Shown one piece after another: positions 27,149 to 37,666 of a DNA stretch of 64,000 nucleotides. The number at the start of each line of letters is the position of its first letter. The stretch's first letter is position 1. The translations under genes were made by a program, and so were the position numbers. The stretch comes from Methanothrix sp. (lineage in GTDB: Archaea > Halobacteriota > Methanosarcinia > Methanotrichales > Methanotrichaceae), in the NCBI GenBank assembly GCA_037128175.1, contig JBAXWY010000004.1, positions 32,001 through 96,000 of the forward strand, read 5' to 3'. Under the pieces are notes generated by a model. The model was not told the DNA's origin and did no database searches. It saw only the letters and a list, made by a program, of their open reading frames with translations.

Positions 27149-28612
27149 CTAGCATTCATCTCGATTGCGAAGAAAGGCCGCCGCAGCCCCCAGTATGCAT
27201 AATGCCGCCGCAATGATCATCACATTGCTTATGGTAAGACTGAGAAACTGTGGCTTCGCGTCTATTGTCGGGCCGTGATAGCCGGCAAGGTTTAATTGCA
27301 TCGATAAGAGAAGGGTGGAGATAGAGACTCCCAGGGACATGCCCATATTTCTTACTGCAGAGGAGAGACTAGAAGCTGTGCCTAACATCTCTCTTGGCAG
27401 GGCATTCATGATCTCGGTATTGATGGGGCTTTGAAATAGCATGCTTCCCAGCCCCATGATCACAAAGGAGAAGTAAATCGTGGTAAGATCATCTCTAGCA
27501 ATGCCGCTTCCCATGAAAAGGAGGGACGCTGCTACTATTATCATGCCCAGGGCGGAATTGTAGCGAAAGTGATATCTGTCATATATCCAGCCGCCCAGTG
27601 GTGAGCCAAAGGCCATTATGGCCGGCACAATGAGAAATACGCTGCCCACTTGGGAGGGCGAGTAGCCCATGACGCCCTGGAAGTAAAATGGACCCAGGAT
27701 GAAAGCAGAGAAGCTGGAAATGATGAATAAGGTTATGGCGATTATGGGCAGGACGAACTTTTTTACCCGGAAGATGGAAAGGTCCAGAAGAGGTGACTTT
27801 TGATGCGATTCGATCCAGACAAATGCCGGCAGTGATAACGTAGCCAGCAGGAAGAAGGGATCCTCTGCAATAAAAAGAGCGGTGTTGCTGGAAAGATCGC
27901 CAAGAAATAGCATCAAAGATACTATGAAGATAATAAGCACAGTCGCTCCACGCCAGTCCAAGTCCAGTTTTTTCGATATCGTTTCCTCGATTTTCATGTA
28001 CTTGGCGGCAAGGGCTAAGAGCACAATGCCTATGGGCAGATTGATGAGAAAAATGTATTTCCAGCCCATGTAGTCCACCAAATAGCCACCGAGAATTGGT
28101 CCGGCAATGCTGGCCAAAGAAACGGTAGTGCCGATGTAACCCATGGCTCTGCCCTGTTCCCCGCGATGGAAAATCTGGAAGATTATGGCTGTGCTGATGG
28201 AAAAGGACATGGCAGCTCCGGCAGCCTGAACCGCCCGAAAGAAGATGAGCATGCCAAGACTGGTGGAAAGACCGCAGGCGACCGATGCCATAGTGAAGAT
28301 GACAAATCCTGCCAAAAAGAGCCTGACCTTCCCGGTTCGCTCTGCAATCTTGCCAAAAATCATGAGCAGGCTAGTCACAGTGACCAGGTAGGAGGTTATC
28401 ACCCATTGAGACTCTGCTACATCGGCCTGAAAATAGCGGGTGATGGTGGGAAGGGCAATGGATACTACTGAGCCGTCGATGACAAACATGAATATGCCGA
28501 GCAAGATGATAAAGGCCAGAACATTTCTGCCGGCAACAGGCAATTCAGATGAATCGAATGTGTTCCGTCCTTCTCGCCCATTATTTTCAATCACAGCAAG
28601 GCAAGAACGCAT
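27149..28612 (-). CDS. MFS transporter, DHA2 (14-TM) family
   Basis: IDGSVVSIALPTI, QWVITSY, GKIAERTG, GPILGG, WKYIFLINLPIG. Confidence 0.92.
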   Translation of the reverse strand: MRSCLAVIENNGREGRNTFDSSELPVAGRNVLAFIILLGIFMFVIDGSVVSIALPTITRYFQADVAESQWVITSYLVTVTSLLMIFGKIAERTGKVRLFLAGFVIFTMASVACGLSTSLGMLIFFRAVQAAGAAMSFSISTAIIFQIFHRGEQGRAMGYIGTTVSLASIAGPILGGYLVDYMGWKYIFLINLPIGIVLLALAAKYMKIEETISKKLDLDWRGATVLIIFIVSLMLFLGDLSSNTALFIAEDPFFLLATLSLPAFVWIESHQKSPLLDLSIFRVKKFVLPIIAITLFIISSFSAFILGPFYFQGVMGYSPSQVGSVFLIVPAIMAFGSPLGGWIYDRYHFRYNSALGMIIVAASLLFMGSGIARDDLTTIYFSFVIMGLGSMLFQSPINTEIMNALPREMLGTASSLSSAVRNMGMSLGVSISTLLLSMQLNLAGYHGPTIDAKPQFLSLTISNVMIIAAALCILGAAAAFLRNRDEC

Positions 28613-28618
28613 GAAGAG

Positions 28619-29746
28619 CTATATATGTAGCGCTGATGCCGCAGCCGTATCTTTTCTCTGCGCGATGCGATATCCCGTGACCACCATTCTCTTCCCGGCC
28701 AGGATTCGATCCATCTCTAGGTCGCCTGTGTCCACCAATAGTTGCGGCAGCTCCGCCAGCTTATGGGGCGTGGATACTATTATCAAATTCTCCCCTCCTA
28801 TGCGTCGCAGGACAGAAGCGCTGATCTGCTGGCTGCCTCGTCCCAGTATGAAGCCTTGGGCGCCGATAGGGCTGACAATGACCTTAACGCTCTTTTCCCG
28901 TTCCAGCAAAGCCAAAAGGTCTCTCTCTGAGGCGTCCTTCTGCAGTAGCTTTCCCTCCCGAATAACGTCCACGCCAAGCAGGGTCTTCTCCACGCCTAAA
29001 AGCTCGGCAATCCTGGCTGTGGTAGTGCCCGCCCCTAAAATGTAGGCAGAACCGTCTCTCATGAATTCGGAGGCAAAGAGTGCGATCTGATCCTTGAACT
29101 CCTCCTCGCAAGAGGCGCTATAAATTCTCTTTCGCTCCTGCACCAGCACAGGTTGGTAGGGCGTTTTGGCTATGGCATAAAGCCTGGTCTGCAGCTCTCC
29201 GGCCCGGTAGAGCTCCTCGTCCACATCCACAATCTCCGTATCTCTGGCCAAAAGTTCGCCTCGCACAAAGCCCAGAGCCAGCTCTGCCGCTGCCTGGGGG
29301 CTGATGGCAAAGACGCCAGAATGCATTTTCACTCCCGCCGGGATGCCCAGGATGGGGCATATGCCAGCGCTGCTGGCCACATCTCGCGCCGTTCCGTCGC
29401 CTCCGCAAAATAGAATCAAATCGACGCCGTTTTCCAGGAAGGCCTGGCAAGCCAGTTTCGTATCCTCTGAGCTGGACTCATCTCTAGCTACGTAGGCCAC
29501 CGTGTATTGCAGGCCGCATTGCAACAGTACATCTTCGCCCATCTCGCCGCTGGCGGTAAAAAAGAGGAGGTCCGCCTCCCGAGAAAGCAAATGCAGACAC
29601 GCGCGTGCGCGCACGGCTGCCTGGGGCTTTGCGCCCCTGGCCCGCGCTGCCGCCGCCAGGCCGTCCGTGCCTTTCAAGCCCACGGCCCCGCCCATGCCAG
29701 CTATGGGATTGATCAGAAATCCGATCTTTCCCGCTCTTGCAACCAT
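28619..29746 (-). CDS. ATP-NAD kinase family (AcoX-like) protein
   Basis: INPIAGMGGAVGLKGTDG, GGDGTARD, GIPAGVKMHSGVFA; TGATG overlap with trpB2. Confidence 0.85.
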   Translation of the reverse strand: MVARAGKIGFLINPIAGMGGAVGLKGTDGLAAAARARGAKPQAAVRARACLHLLSREADLLFFTASGEMGEDVLLQCGLQYTVAYVARDESSSEDTKLACQAFLENGVDLILFCGGDGTARDVASSAGICPILGIPAGVKMHSGVFAISPQAAAELALGFVRGELLARDTEIVDVDEELYRAGELQTRLYAIAKTPYQPVLVQERKRIYSASCEEEFKDQIALFASEFMRDGSAYILGAGTTTARIAELLGVEKTLLGVDVIREGKLLQKDASERDLLALLEREKSVKVIVSPIGAQGFILGRGSQQISASVLRRIGGENLIIVSTPHKLAELPQLLVDTGDLEMDRILAGKRMVVTGYRIAQRKDTAAASALHI

Positions 29747-31098
29747 CAAACCCGGGGCAGTTTGGCCAGGGACTGCTTGACCAGATCGGCTGGATACTCG
29801 TAGTCCACCAGTTTGCCGTCGTTATAGGCATCATAGGCAGCCATGTCGAAGTGCCCGTGTCCGGTTAGGGAGATGAAGATGGTCTTGGCCTCGCCCGTCT
29901 TCCTGCACCTTCGTGCCTCGTCAATGGCGGGCTTGATGGCGTGAGCCGCTTCCGGAGCTGGAATTATGCCTTCGCTGCGGGCGAAGAGGGTGGCAGCTTC
30001 GAAGACCTCGTTCTGCTGCAGAGCCGTGGCCTCAATCAGGCCGTCATGCACCAGATTGCAGAGCAAGGGGGCATCTCCGTGGTAGCGCAGGCCGCCGGCA
30101 TGGATGCCGGGCGGGATGAAGTCATGCCCCAGAGTGTACATCTTGATTACAGGAGCCATGCCGGCTGTGTCGCCGAAGTCGTAGGCATAAAGCCCTTTGG
30201 TGAGTGTGGGGCAGGCGGAAGGCTCGCAGGCCACCATGCGTAGGTCCTTCTTGTCCTTCATCTTGTCTGGTATGAAGGGGAAGACCATACCTGGGAAGTT
30301 GCTTCCTCCGCCGCAGCAGCCGTACATGATATCCGGATAGTCGTCAGCCAGATCGAACTGCTTCTTCAGCTCCAGACCTTCAATGGTTTGATGGAGAAGA
30401 ACATGGTTGAGCACGGAGCCCAGGGCATAATTGGTATCACTGTGGCTGGCCGCATCCTCCACTGCCTCGGAGATGGCGATGCCCAAAGAGCCCGGGGTGT
30501 CGGGCATCTCGGCCAGGATCTTTCTGCCGAAATTGGTCTTATCGGACGGGCTGGCGAAGCAATCTGCGCCCCAGACGCGCATGGCGCTCTTACGGTAGGG
30601 CTTGCTGTCGAAACTTGACCGGACCATGTAAACGGTGCACTTCAGGCCGAAGAGGCAGGTGGCTAAAGAGAGAGCCGAGCCCCACTGCCCTGCACCCGTC
30701 TCCGTGGCCAGCCGCTCAATGCCCTCTTTCATGTTGTAGTAGGCCTGGGGTACTGCAGTATTGGGCTTGTGGCTGCCGGCCGGGCTTACGCCCTCATATT
30801 TGTAGTAGATCTTGGCCGGAGTCTGCAGAGCCTTCTCCAGGGCGGCGGCCCGGTAGAGGGGCGTCGGCCTCCAGAGCCGGTAGATGTCGCGTACCTCTTC
30901 CGGGATGTCTATCCAGCGATCGGTGCTCATCTCCTGTTGGATGAGGGCTTTGGGAAAGATCATCTCCATATCCGCGGCAGAGAGGGGCTTTAGCGTCCCG
31001 GGATGCAGAGGCGGGTCCAGGGGTGTGGGCATATCGGCGGCTACGTTGTACCACTTCTTGGGGATCTCTTCCTCGTCGAGCAAATACTTGATCTTCAT
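29746..31098 (-). CDS. trpB2: TrpB2-type tryptophan synthase beta (PLP enzyme)
   Basis: [41 protein letters not shown]. Confidence 0.93.
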   Translation of the reverse strand: MKIKYLLDEEEIPKKWYNVAADMPTPLDPPLHPGTLKPLSAADMEMIFPKALIQQEMSTDRWIDIPEEVRDIYRLWRPTPLYRAAALEKALQTPAKIYYKYEGVSPAGSHKPNTAVPQAYYNMKEGIERLATETGAGQWGSALSLATCLFGLKCTVYMVRSSFDSKPYRKSAMRVWGADCFASPSDKTNFGRKILAEMPDTPGSLGIAISEAVEDAASHSDTNYALGSVLNHVLLHQTIEGLELKKQFDLADDYPDIMYGCCGGGSNFPGMVFPFIPDKMKDKKDLRMVACEPSACPTLTKGLYAYDFGDTAGMAPVIKMYTLGHDFIPPGIHAGGLRYHGDAPLLCNLVHDGLIEATALQQNEVFEAATLFARSEGIIPAPEAAHAIKPAIDEARRCRKTGEAKTIFISLTGHGHFDMAAYDAYNDGKLVDYEYPADLVKQSLAKLPRV

Positions 31099-31257
31099 CT
31101 GGGACACTCCATCTTTAAACTACAATGTAATCTTGTGTACATCGTTGGTATTATCGGATTATTTAAAGGCTTTGAATGGGTCTGAAGAGTTTTCGCCTGA
31201 TACTATTTTTGTCTGCAAGGTAAGGATTTATTTATCATGGATGAGATGCCCTTTGCC

Positions 31258-32526
31258 ATGAGCGGCCAAACCCTGTCTGAGAAGATATTTTCGAGAGCCT
31301 CCCAAAAAGAGGTGCATGCTGGCGAGTTCGTCATGGCGGACATTGACGGCGCCATGATTCACGACATCACCGGCCCGCTGGCGGTCAAAGGATTTTATGA
31401 GATCGCGGGCCGGGATGCCCGGGTATGGGACCCTGCCAGAATCGTCCTTCTCTTTGATCATCAGGTTCCTGCGGACAGCCTGAAGGCGGCTGAGAATCAT
31501 ATCATGCTGCGTAAATTCGCGCAGGAGCAGGGCATCTTAAACTACGACATATTCTGCGGCGTATGCCACCAGGTCATGCCGGAGAAGGGGCATGTGCTGC
31601 CAGGGCAAATCATCCTGGGTACAGACTCGCATACCTGCACCTACGGAGCTTTGGGGGCTTTCGCCACCGGCGTCGGATCTACGGACATGTCATCCGTTTT
31701 TGCCACGGGCAAGCTCTGGTTCATGGTGCCCAAAACCCTGCAGATAATGATAGAAGGAAGGCTGCCCGCCAGAGTTACCTCCAAGGACGCCGTTCTGAAG
31801 ATCATTGGCGATATCGGGGCGGACGGAGCGAACTATCTGGCCTGCGAATTCCTGGGCGAGGCAGCGGCGCAGATGAGCATCCCGGAGAGAATGACGGTAT
31901 CCAACATGGCCATTGAGATGGGGGCCAAGGCCGGCATCTTCGAGACGGATGAGACCACCATAAAGTATCTGGAGGGCCGGGTGCAGGACAGCGCCGTCAT
32001 TCGAAAGGGAATTATGCGAACTGATGAGGACGCCGCCTTCACCAGGAAGAGCTGGAATGTCAGCGATCTGGAGCCGCAAATAGCGCTGCCCCACAACGTG
32101 GACAATGTTTTGCCGGTAAGCGAGGTGCCGGAGACGAAGCTTGATCAGGTCTTCCTGGGCTCGTGCACCAACGGAAGATTCGAGGACCTGCTGCTTGCCT
32201 CGCAGATGATGAAGGGCGAGCCCGTGGCCAAGGGCGTGCGCATGATTGTGGTGCCCGCCAGCCGGGAGGAGTACATGAAATGTCTGCATGCTGGCCTCAT
32301 AGAGAAGTTCATGGAGGCGGGGGCCATGTTTGAGTCGGCCTGCTGCGGGCCGTGCATGGGCGGGTCCTTTGGGCTGCTGGGTGCAGGCGAGCGCTGCCTC
32401 GCCACGTCCAACCGAAACTTCGTGGGCAGGCAGGGAAGCCCCCAGGCATTTGTCTACCTCTGCTCGCCCGCCACAGCCGGTGCCAGCGCCATCACCGGGT
32501 ACATCACCGACCCACGGGAGATTTGA
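31258..32526 (+). CDS. leuC: 3-isopropylmalate dehydratase / homoaconitase-type large subunit
   Basis: [46 protein letters not shown]. LeuC vs HacA not resolved. Confidence 0.85.
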   Translation: MSGQTLSEKIFSRASQKEVHAGEFVMADIDGAMIHDITGPLAVKGFYEIAGRDARVWDPARIVLLFDHQVPADSLKAAENHIMLRKFAQEQGILNYDIFCGVCHQVMPEKGHVLPGQIILGTDSHTCTYGALGAFATGVGSTDMSSVFATGKLWFMVPKTLQIMIEGRLPARVTSKDAVLKIIGDIGADGANYLACEFLGEAAAQMSIPERMTVSNMAIEMGAKAGIFETDETTIKYLEGRVQDSAVIRKGIMRTDEDAAFTRKSWNVSDLEPQIALPHNVDNVLPVSEVPETKLDQVFLGSCTNGRFEDLLLASQMMKGEPVAKGVRMIVVPASREEYMKCLHAGLIEKFMEAGAMFESACCGPCMGGSFGLLGAGERCLATSNRNFVGRQGSPQAFVYLCSPATAGASAITGYITDPREI

Positions 32527-32534
32527 TCTATTAA

Positions 32535-33341
32535 ATGAAGGTTGCACTCAAGCTCGCCTACCTGGGCGACAACTACTACGGCTTTCAGAAGCAGCCGGAT
32601 CTGGTCACCGTCGATTCCGTGGTTAGGAAGGCGCTGGCCCAAATTGGCGTAATTCACGGCGACTTCTGCTACGCCGGAAGAACGGACCGGGGCGTCTCGG
32701 CTCTGGGCCAGGTCATCGACTTTTGGATCGACGAGGACAGGGCCAAGTTGACCCGACCGCGCTGCGTGAACGGCCGGCTGCCCCGCGATATCTGGACCTG
32801 GGCCTGGGCCAAAGCCCCCATCGGTTTCAGTGCCCGCTGGAATGCCCAGTGGCGAGAGTACCGTTATCTGCTCTGGCATCCGGGCCTCGATCTGGAGAGG
32901 ATGCACGCGGCAGCAGAGCAGCTTTTGGGCGAGCACGACTTTAGAAATTTCTCCTCGGCCAAGGTGGATACGGTGAAGACGCTGCAAAAATTGCAGATCT
33001 CTGAGGAGGGCGGGCTTTTCGTCTTCGACATTCGGGCCAACGGCTTTCTCTGGAATATGGTGCGAAAGATAGTAGGGGCTCTGGAGAAGGTGGGAGCGGG
33101 CCAAAAAGAGATGAGCTGGTTCTCCGATCTTCTGCGCCCGGAGCTGAACCACGGCGCGCCCACCGCCCCAGCGGATGGTCTGATCCTCATGGATGTGGGC
33201 TATGAGGGGCTGGACTGGCAGGTGGACGAGTACTCCCGAGCACGGGCGGCGACGAGCCTTGCGGCAACGGTGCAGAGCAGGATGGCCAGGGCGAGCGTGG
33301 CCAGGGTGATGGAAAGGGCGATGATTGTGGAAAGAGTTTAA
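32535..33341 (+). CDS. truA: tRNA pseudouridine(38-40) synthase
   Basis: AYLG..YYGFQ.QP, AGRTDRGVSALGQ, GEHDFRNF, FLWNMVRKIV. Confidence 0.93.
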   Translation: MKVALKLAYLGDNYYGFQKQPDLVTVDSVVRKALAQIGVIHGDFCYAGRTDRGVSALGQVIDFWIDEDRAKLTRPRCVNGRLPRDIWTWAWAKAPIGFSARWNAQWREYRYLLWHPGLDLERMHAAAEQLLGEHDFRNFSSAKVDTVKTLQKLQISEEGGLFVFDIRANGFLWNMVRKIVGALEKVGAGQKEMSWFSDLLRPELNHGAPTAPADGLILMDVGYEGLDWQVDEYSRARAATSLAATVQSRMARASVARVMERAMIVERV

Positions 33342-33416
33342 TCGCCCCACCAATCCAGGGATTCTTTTTGCAATTGTAGAGAGGAATATCTTCCAGATTC
33401 CATAGGCAGGCGCAGC

Positions 33417-33761
33417 TTACATTTTCTCTTTCAAAATAGCTTCTACATTGTCCATAAACTCCGGTCGGCTCATCTCTTGTAGCTCTTCCGGGGTGAAGAA
33501 TTCATACCAATCATATGGCCTAACTACAAGAACAGACCTGCCATCCTTTTCCATCTTCTCGATGTGGACCAGCTTCGATTTTTCCAAACGTCTAACCGAG
33601 GCATATGTCTTGCCGTTGCTCCAGGCCATCAGCTTGGCCAGAGAATATACGCTCTCTCCGGGACTATTCTCTATTACGTCGTAGAGCTCCAGGTCGGTAT
33701 CAATACCCTTGTCCTCGACTGCTTGAATGGCCTGTGCGATGCTCATGATATGAATACTCAT
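33417..33761 (-). CDS. Small winged-helix DNA-binding protein
   Basis: PGESVYSLAKLMAWSNGKTYASVRRLEKSKLV HTH pattern. Confidence 0.6.
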   Translation of the reverse strand: MSIHIMSIAQAIQAVEDKGIDTDLELYDVIENSPGESVYSLAKLMAWSNGKTYASVRRLEKSKLVHIEKMEKDGRSVLVVRPYDWYEFFTPEELQEMSRPEFMDNVEAILKEKM

Positions 33762-33842
33762 TGGAAGTTATTTAAATCTTTTTGCTATTACCAAATATCA
33801 GTATTCCAAACATTTATATCCATATAAGCTATTCTAAAAGGT

Positions 33843-34121
33843 ATGATAGATGCAATGGAAAGACGTGTTTTGACAAGCATCTGTCAGGCAACCAATTCCA
33901 GCAAATCCGCCCATGTTCCTAAGCCTTATTTCATGAAAAAGTTCCAGCAGGACAAGCGCACGAAAAAATTAGCAGAGAAAGCACTCGTTTCTCTCATTGC
34001 ACATGGGTATGTAAGCCTGCACAAAACCCGAAATGAAACGACTTATGAGCTTACTGACATCGGGTTGGATATCTGCCGCGAGATATTTCAAAAATATGGT
34101 AGGGGGATCAAATTGCTATGA
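33843..34121 (+). CDS. Small hypothetical protein (wHTH-like), divergent from the previous gene
   Basis: AEKALVSLIAHGYV...TTYELTDIG; AT-rich intergenic region with TATA-like boxes. Confidence 0.55.
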   Translation: MIDAMERRVLTSICQATNSSKSAHVPKPYFMKKFQQDKRTKKLAEKALVSLIAHGYVSLHKTRNETTYELTDIGLDICREIFQKYGRGIKLL

Positions 34122-34218
34122 TTGCCTCTAAGAACATTATAACTCGATAGACGAACGCTCAAGCTATACTTGAATTAAAGAGCGCATAAATCTAAAGCAT
34201 ACGGAGAATTCGATATAA

Positions 34219-34962
34219 ATGCCCACCCCCGCCTGGCAATACCACGAGCCCGACCACCCCGGCGCCGACTTCGACGCTCTGGCTGAGATCTACGATCGCA
34301 ATATGCAAAAATTTCGAGATGTTCAGGGCGAGATTGAAGAGGTCATGGACTTCCTCACCCTCCGTCCCGATCAGAGCATCCTGGAGATAGGCACGGGCAC
34401 AGGCGAGTTCGCCCTGGCCGCCGCCCGCCGCTGTGCCCGGGTCTACGCCGTGGACCTCTCGCCAGGCATGCTGCGTTATGCCGAAAAGAAGGCCCAGATG
34501 CGCGGTGTGGCCAACGTCGAATTTCTGCCGGGCGGCTTTCTCACCTACCGGCATGAGGGCAAGCCGCTGGACGCCATCGTTAGCCAGATTGCTCTGCACC
34601 ATCTGCCCGACTTTTGGAAGCAGATCGCGCTTTTACGCATGGCAGAGATGCTGGCCGAGGGCGGAAAGCTATGTCTACGGGATGTGGTATACTCCTTTGA
34701 TCCGGCGAAGCACGGGGAATTCCTGGATGAGTTTATCTCGAAGGCCGCAGAAAGAGCAGGCCCGCAGTTTGCTGGCAGAATATCCGACCACGTGAAGAAC
34801 GAGTACTCCACCATGGACTGGATCATGCGGGGCATGATCGAGAGGGCGGGCTTTGAGATAGAAAGGGCGAAGCATAGCCATGGATTCTTCGCCCTCTACC
34901 TGTGCAAGAAGACTACTAATAGCGCATCAGCAGAAGGGATTTCTAATGATCGACTTGGATGA
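34219..34962 (+). CDS. Class I SAM-dependent methyltransferase
   Basis: ILEIGTGTG, YAVDLS, ALHHL. Confidence 0.88.
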   Translation: MPTPAWQYHEPDHPGADFDALAEIYDRNMQKFRDVQGEIEEVMDFLTLRPDQSILEIGTGTGEFALAAARRCARVYAVDLSPGMLRYAEKKAQMRGVANVEFLPGGFLTYRHEGKPLDAIVSQIALHHLPDFWKQIALLRMAEMLAEGGKLCLRDVVYSFDPAKHGEFLDEFISKAAERAGPQFAGRISDHVKNEYSTMDWIMRGMIERAGFEIERAKHSHGFFALYLCKKTTNSASAEGISNDRLG

Positions 34963-36610
34963 GGATGATCTCAGAAAAATGTGCACAGAGGCCTCTTTCG
35001 ACCGGGGGGAGCGATATTTCGAGGAGGGAAGAGTGCGCATCAAGGAGGCAACGCCCACCAGGATAAAGGCGGTTGTGAGAGGGACAGATGATTACCAGGT
35101 GGAAATTGAGCTGGGCGACGAACTCTCAGGCGAATGCAACTGTCCTTACGACTTGGATGGGCTATGCAAACACATAGTTTCTACCTTTCTGGCAGTCATC
35201 CGCGATGATGGGGAGATCGAGCCTCTGATGAAGAAAAGCATCTGTGAATTGGAGGATACTGAATCCCTCCTGAAGCGGGCCGATCCTGAAACTTTGCGAA
35301 ATTTCCTGCTCTCCGAGATGGAACAGCGACCCGATCTTCAGAATCGGTTCAAAGCCGTCTTCGGCAAAAAAGGCGAGGGAAGAAGCCTGAATGATTATAA
35401 GGCTGATGTGGAATCGCTCTACGATGATGTCGAGGATCACGGTTATATCCCTTACGGAGAGGACGTGGATTTCTCTTCGCTAAGCGATCTGGCTGAGATT
35501 TATATTCAGAAAGACGATCTCCTGGAGGCAGCCAAGATCTACCAGGCCATTTCCGAGGTCATAGCTGAGAAAATGGATGATGTGGACGACTCAGACGGCA
35601 ACTATGGAGAAGAGTTCACGGACAGCCTGGATGCATTCACTGACTGCATATCCACGGCCGGACTGGATTCTAATGACAGGAGACCTTACATCAAGTATCT
35701 CTTCGACAGGTACCTGCTAGGTGATCCCGACTATTTCCAGGACGACTACAGCGAAGCCCTGGATAAGCTCTGCAGCGAAGAGGCGGACCGGCGATACTGG
35801 AAAGATCAGCTGGAGCCGCATATGCCTGGTGAGATTCCAAGTGAAAAGGATTGGGGGCACCATCATGATGCAATTGAGCAGGTCTCGATGATGCTTGACC
35901 TTCTCCTAAAACTCGGTGAGAAGGACGAATTTTATGGGCTCATAGAAAAATATTACCGTGCCAGCCATGATCTCTGTCTCAGGTATGGAGAAAAGCTCCT
36001 GGCGGATGGAGAGAAAGCGAAAGCGCTGAAGGTGGCTGAGGAGGGCGTGGCCATCTTTGAAGATCATTTAACCAAGGAATTGCGAGATTTCCTGAGCAGG
36101 ATCTACAAAGAAACCGATCCTAAAAAGTACCGGGATACACTACAGTCGCTATTTCTCCAGAGCGGGGATTGGAAGTATTACGGGCCGCTCAAGAAGTCCT
36201 CTCAGCCGGAGGAGTGGCAAGAGCGGCTGGGCAAGATACTGGCTCACTTTGCAGAGAACAGATCAAACTGGTCCGGCATGAGCAAGCTAATTGATATCTA
36301 TCTTAAAGAGAAGATGTACGATCAGGCCCTGACAGAGGTACTGGCCAAGAGAAGCCTCTCCACTTTGAGACAGTATCAAAATGATCTGGCCTTCCGCTAC
36401 TCTGAGCAGTACTTCAACGTCTACCGGGAGTTAATTATTCCCTTTGCCGATAAGGATACGGGAAGGAAACACTACCAAGAAGTGGTCTCTTATTTGAAGA
36501 GGATGAAATGCATCGAGGGCTACGAAGGGGCCGTTTCAGAGATCGTGGGGCAGCTCAGGGTAGAGCACAGGAGAAAGCCTGCATTCATCGACGAGATGAA
36601 AGAACTCTGA
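34946..36610 (+). CDS. SWIM zinc-finger domain protein
   Basis: FDRGERYF and CNCPYDLDGLCKH; helical C-terminus ending RRKPAFIDEM. Confidence 0.85.
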   Translation: MIDLDEDDLRKMCTEASFDRGERYFEEGRVRIKEATPTRIKAVVRGTDDYQVEIELGDELSGECNCPYDLDGLCKHIVSTFLAVIRDDGEIEPLMKKSICELEDTESLLKRADPETLRNFLLSEMEQRPDLQNRFKAVFGKKGEGRSLNDYKADVESLYDDVEDHGYIPYGEDVDFSSLSDLAEIYIQKDDLLEAAKIYQAISEVIAEKMDDVDDSDGNYGEEFTDSLDAFTDCISTAGLDSNDRRPYIKYLFDRYLLGDPDYFQDDYSEALDKLCSEEADRRYWKDQLEPHMPGEIPSEKDWGHHHDAIEQVSMMLDLLLKLGEKDEFYGLIEKYYRASHDLCLRYGEKLLADGEKAKALKVAEEGVAIFEDHLTKELRDFLSRIYKETDPKKYRDTLQSLFLQSGDWKYYGPLKKSSQPEEWQERLGKILAHFAENRSNWSGMSKLIDIYLKEKMYDQALTEVLAKRSLSTLRQYQNDLAFRYSEQYFNVYRELIIPFADKDTGRKHYQEVVSYLKRMKCIEGYEGAVSEIVGQLRVEHRRKPAFIDEMKEL

Positions 36611-36675
36611 AGATCTGCGATTGAAAGCGACCTCATGCTAAAGTCCAAATATGAACCGAGAGAATAATTAAATTG

Positions 36676-37379
36676 ATGCATAAACTCACCGCCTTTGTCT
36701 TTGGAAAAGTGCAGATGGCCGGCTACAGATCTAAGGTAGCGACCATAGCCAGAGCATTTGGCCTTAAAGGGTATGTAAGAAATCTGCAGAACGGCAGAGT
36801 GAAGATATTGGCCGAGGGCCCCCTTGACGATCTGGAGCGGTTTCTTAAGGCCATAAAAATTGATAATACTCTTATCAAAGTTGACGATATCCAAAGCGAG
36901 TTTTCCGATGCATTGGGTGCTTACGACGATTTTTTCAAGGTGGCTGGCGAGAATGAGACCGATGCCCGGCTTGATGTTGCTGCCGGTCATCTTAAAGAAC
37001 TGATTGTGGTAGTGAAAGACGGTTTTAAGGAGACGGTCTCCAAGCTAGGGGGCATGGACGGCAGCCTGAAAGAGATCTCCCATAAACAGGACGAAATGAT
37101 AGTGGAGATGAGAGGCGGATTCAAGGAGCTATCCGGAAAGCAGGACGAAATGATAGCCGAGACGAGAGGCGGCTTCAAGGAAAACAACGAACTGCTCCAA
37201 GAGTTCTCCGCAAAGCAAGATTATGTGATCGATGCCATTGACGAAGCCCGCGCGGACGTCGTCTCCGAAGTGCAAGGCCTGCGCTCGGATCTGAAGGGGA
37301 TCTGAAGGGTCGCATGGATGAGCGGCTGCAGAGGATCGAGAGCGATGTGGTGGAGATCAAGGCCCGCATGAGGCCTTAG
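36676..37379 (+). CDS. Acylphosphatase-domain protein with coiled-coil tail; last ~24 codons cut off by an 11-bp tandem duplication (ORF stops at 37305)
   Basis: GKVQMAGYR and GYVRNL acylphosphatase motifs. GATCTGAAGGG occurs twice (37288-37298, 37299-37309); removing one copy restores ...DLKGRMDERLQRIESDVVEIKARMRP* ending at 37379. Confidence 0.75.
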
Positions 37380-37459
37380 CTCGTTGTCGTTGTAGCCGAC
37401 GGGTTGATCCCTTAGGAGCAGTATTGGGGTAAACATTACCAGGCCGAGAACATATTCGA

Positions 37460-37596
37460 TTCGTGTTCTAGGCCTGCCTGGGGCGGCGTGGCAGTGTCGC
37501 CCTGCAGAAATCCAGGAAACCGGTGAGACGGGGACGCGATCGGGCCCTTGATTGGGGAGAAGCGCCACCATTTGAGAGGCGGCCCGAGGGCCTGGA
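37460..37596 (+). repeat. GC-rich intergenic repeat, copy R1
   Basis: GCCTGCCTGGGGCGGCGTGGCAG...GCAGAAATC...GATCGGGCCC...GGCGGCCCGAGGGCCTGG. Confidence 0.8.
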
Positions 37597-37666
37597 GGAT
37601 GATGATATGGAATGCCGCGTTTCCAGATAGACAAAGAATTTATTCTGACAGTTCTGTTATCAATCC

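Noticed and set aside
33400-33417. Possible inverted eighth copy of the GC-rich repeat (AGGCAGGCGC)
   Set aside because: Only about 10-13 bp match and no GCAGAAATC core; could be chance.
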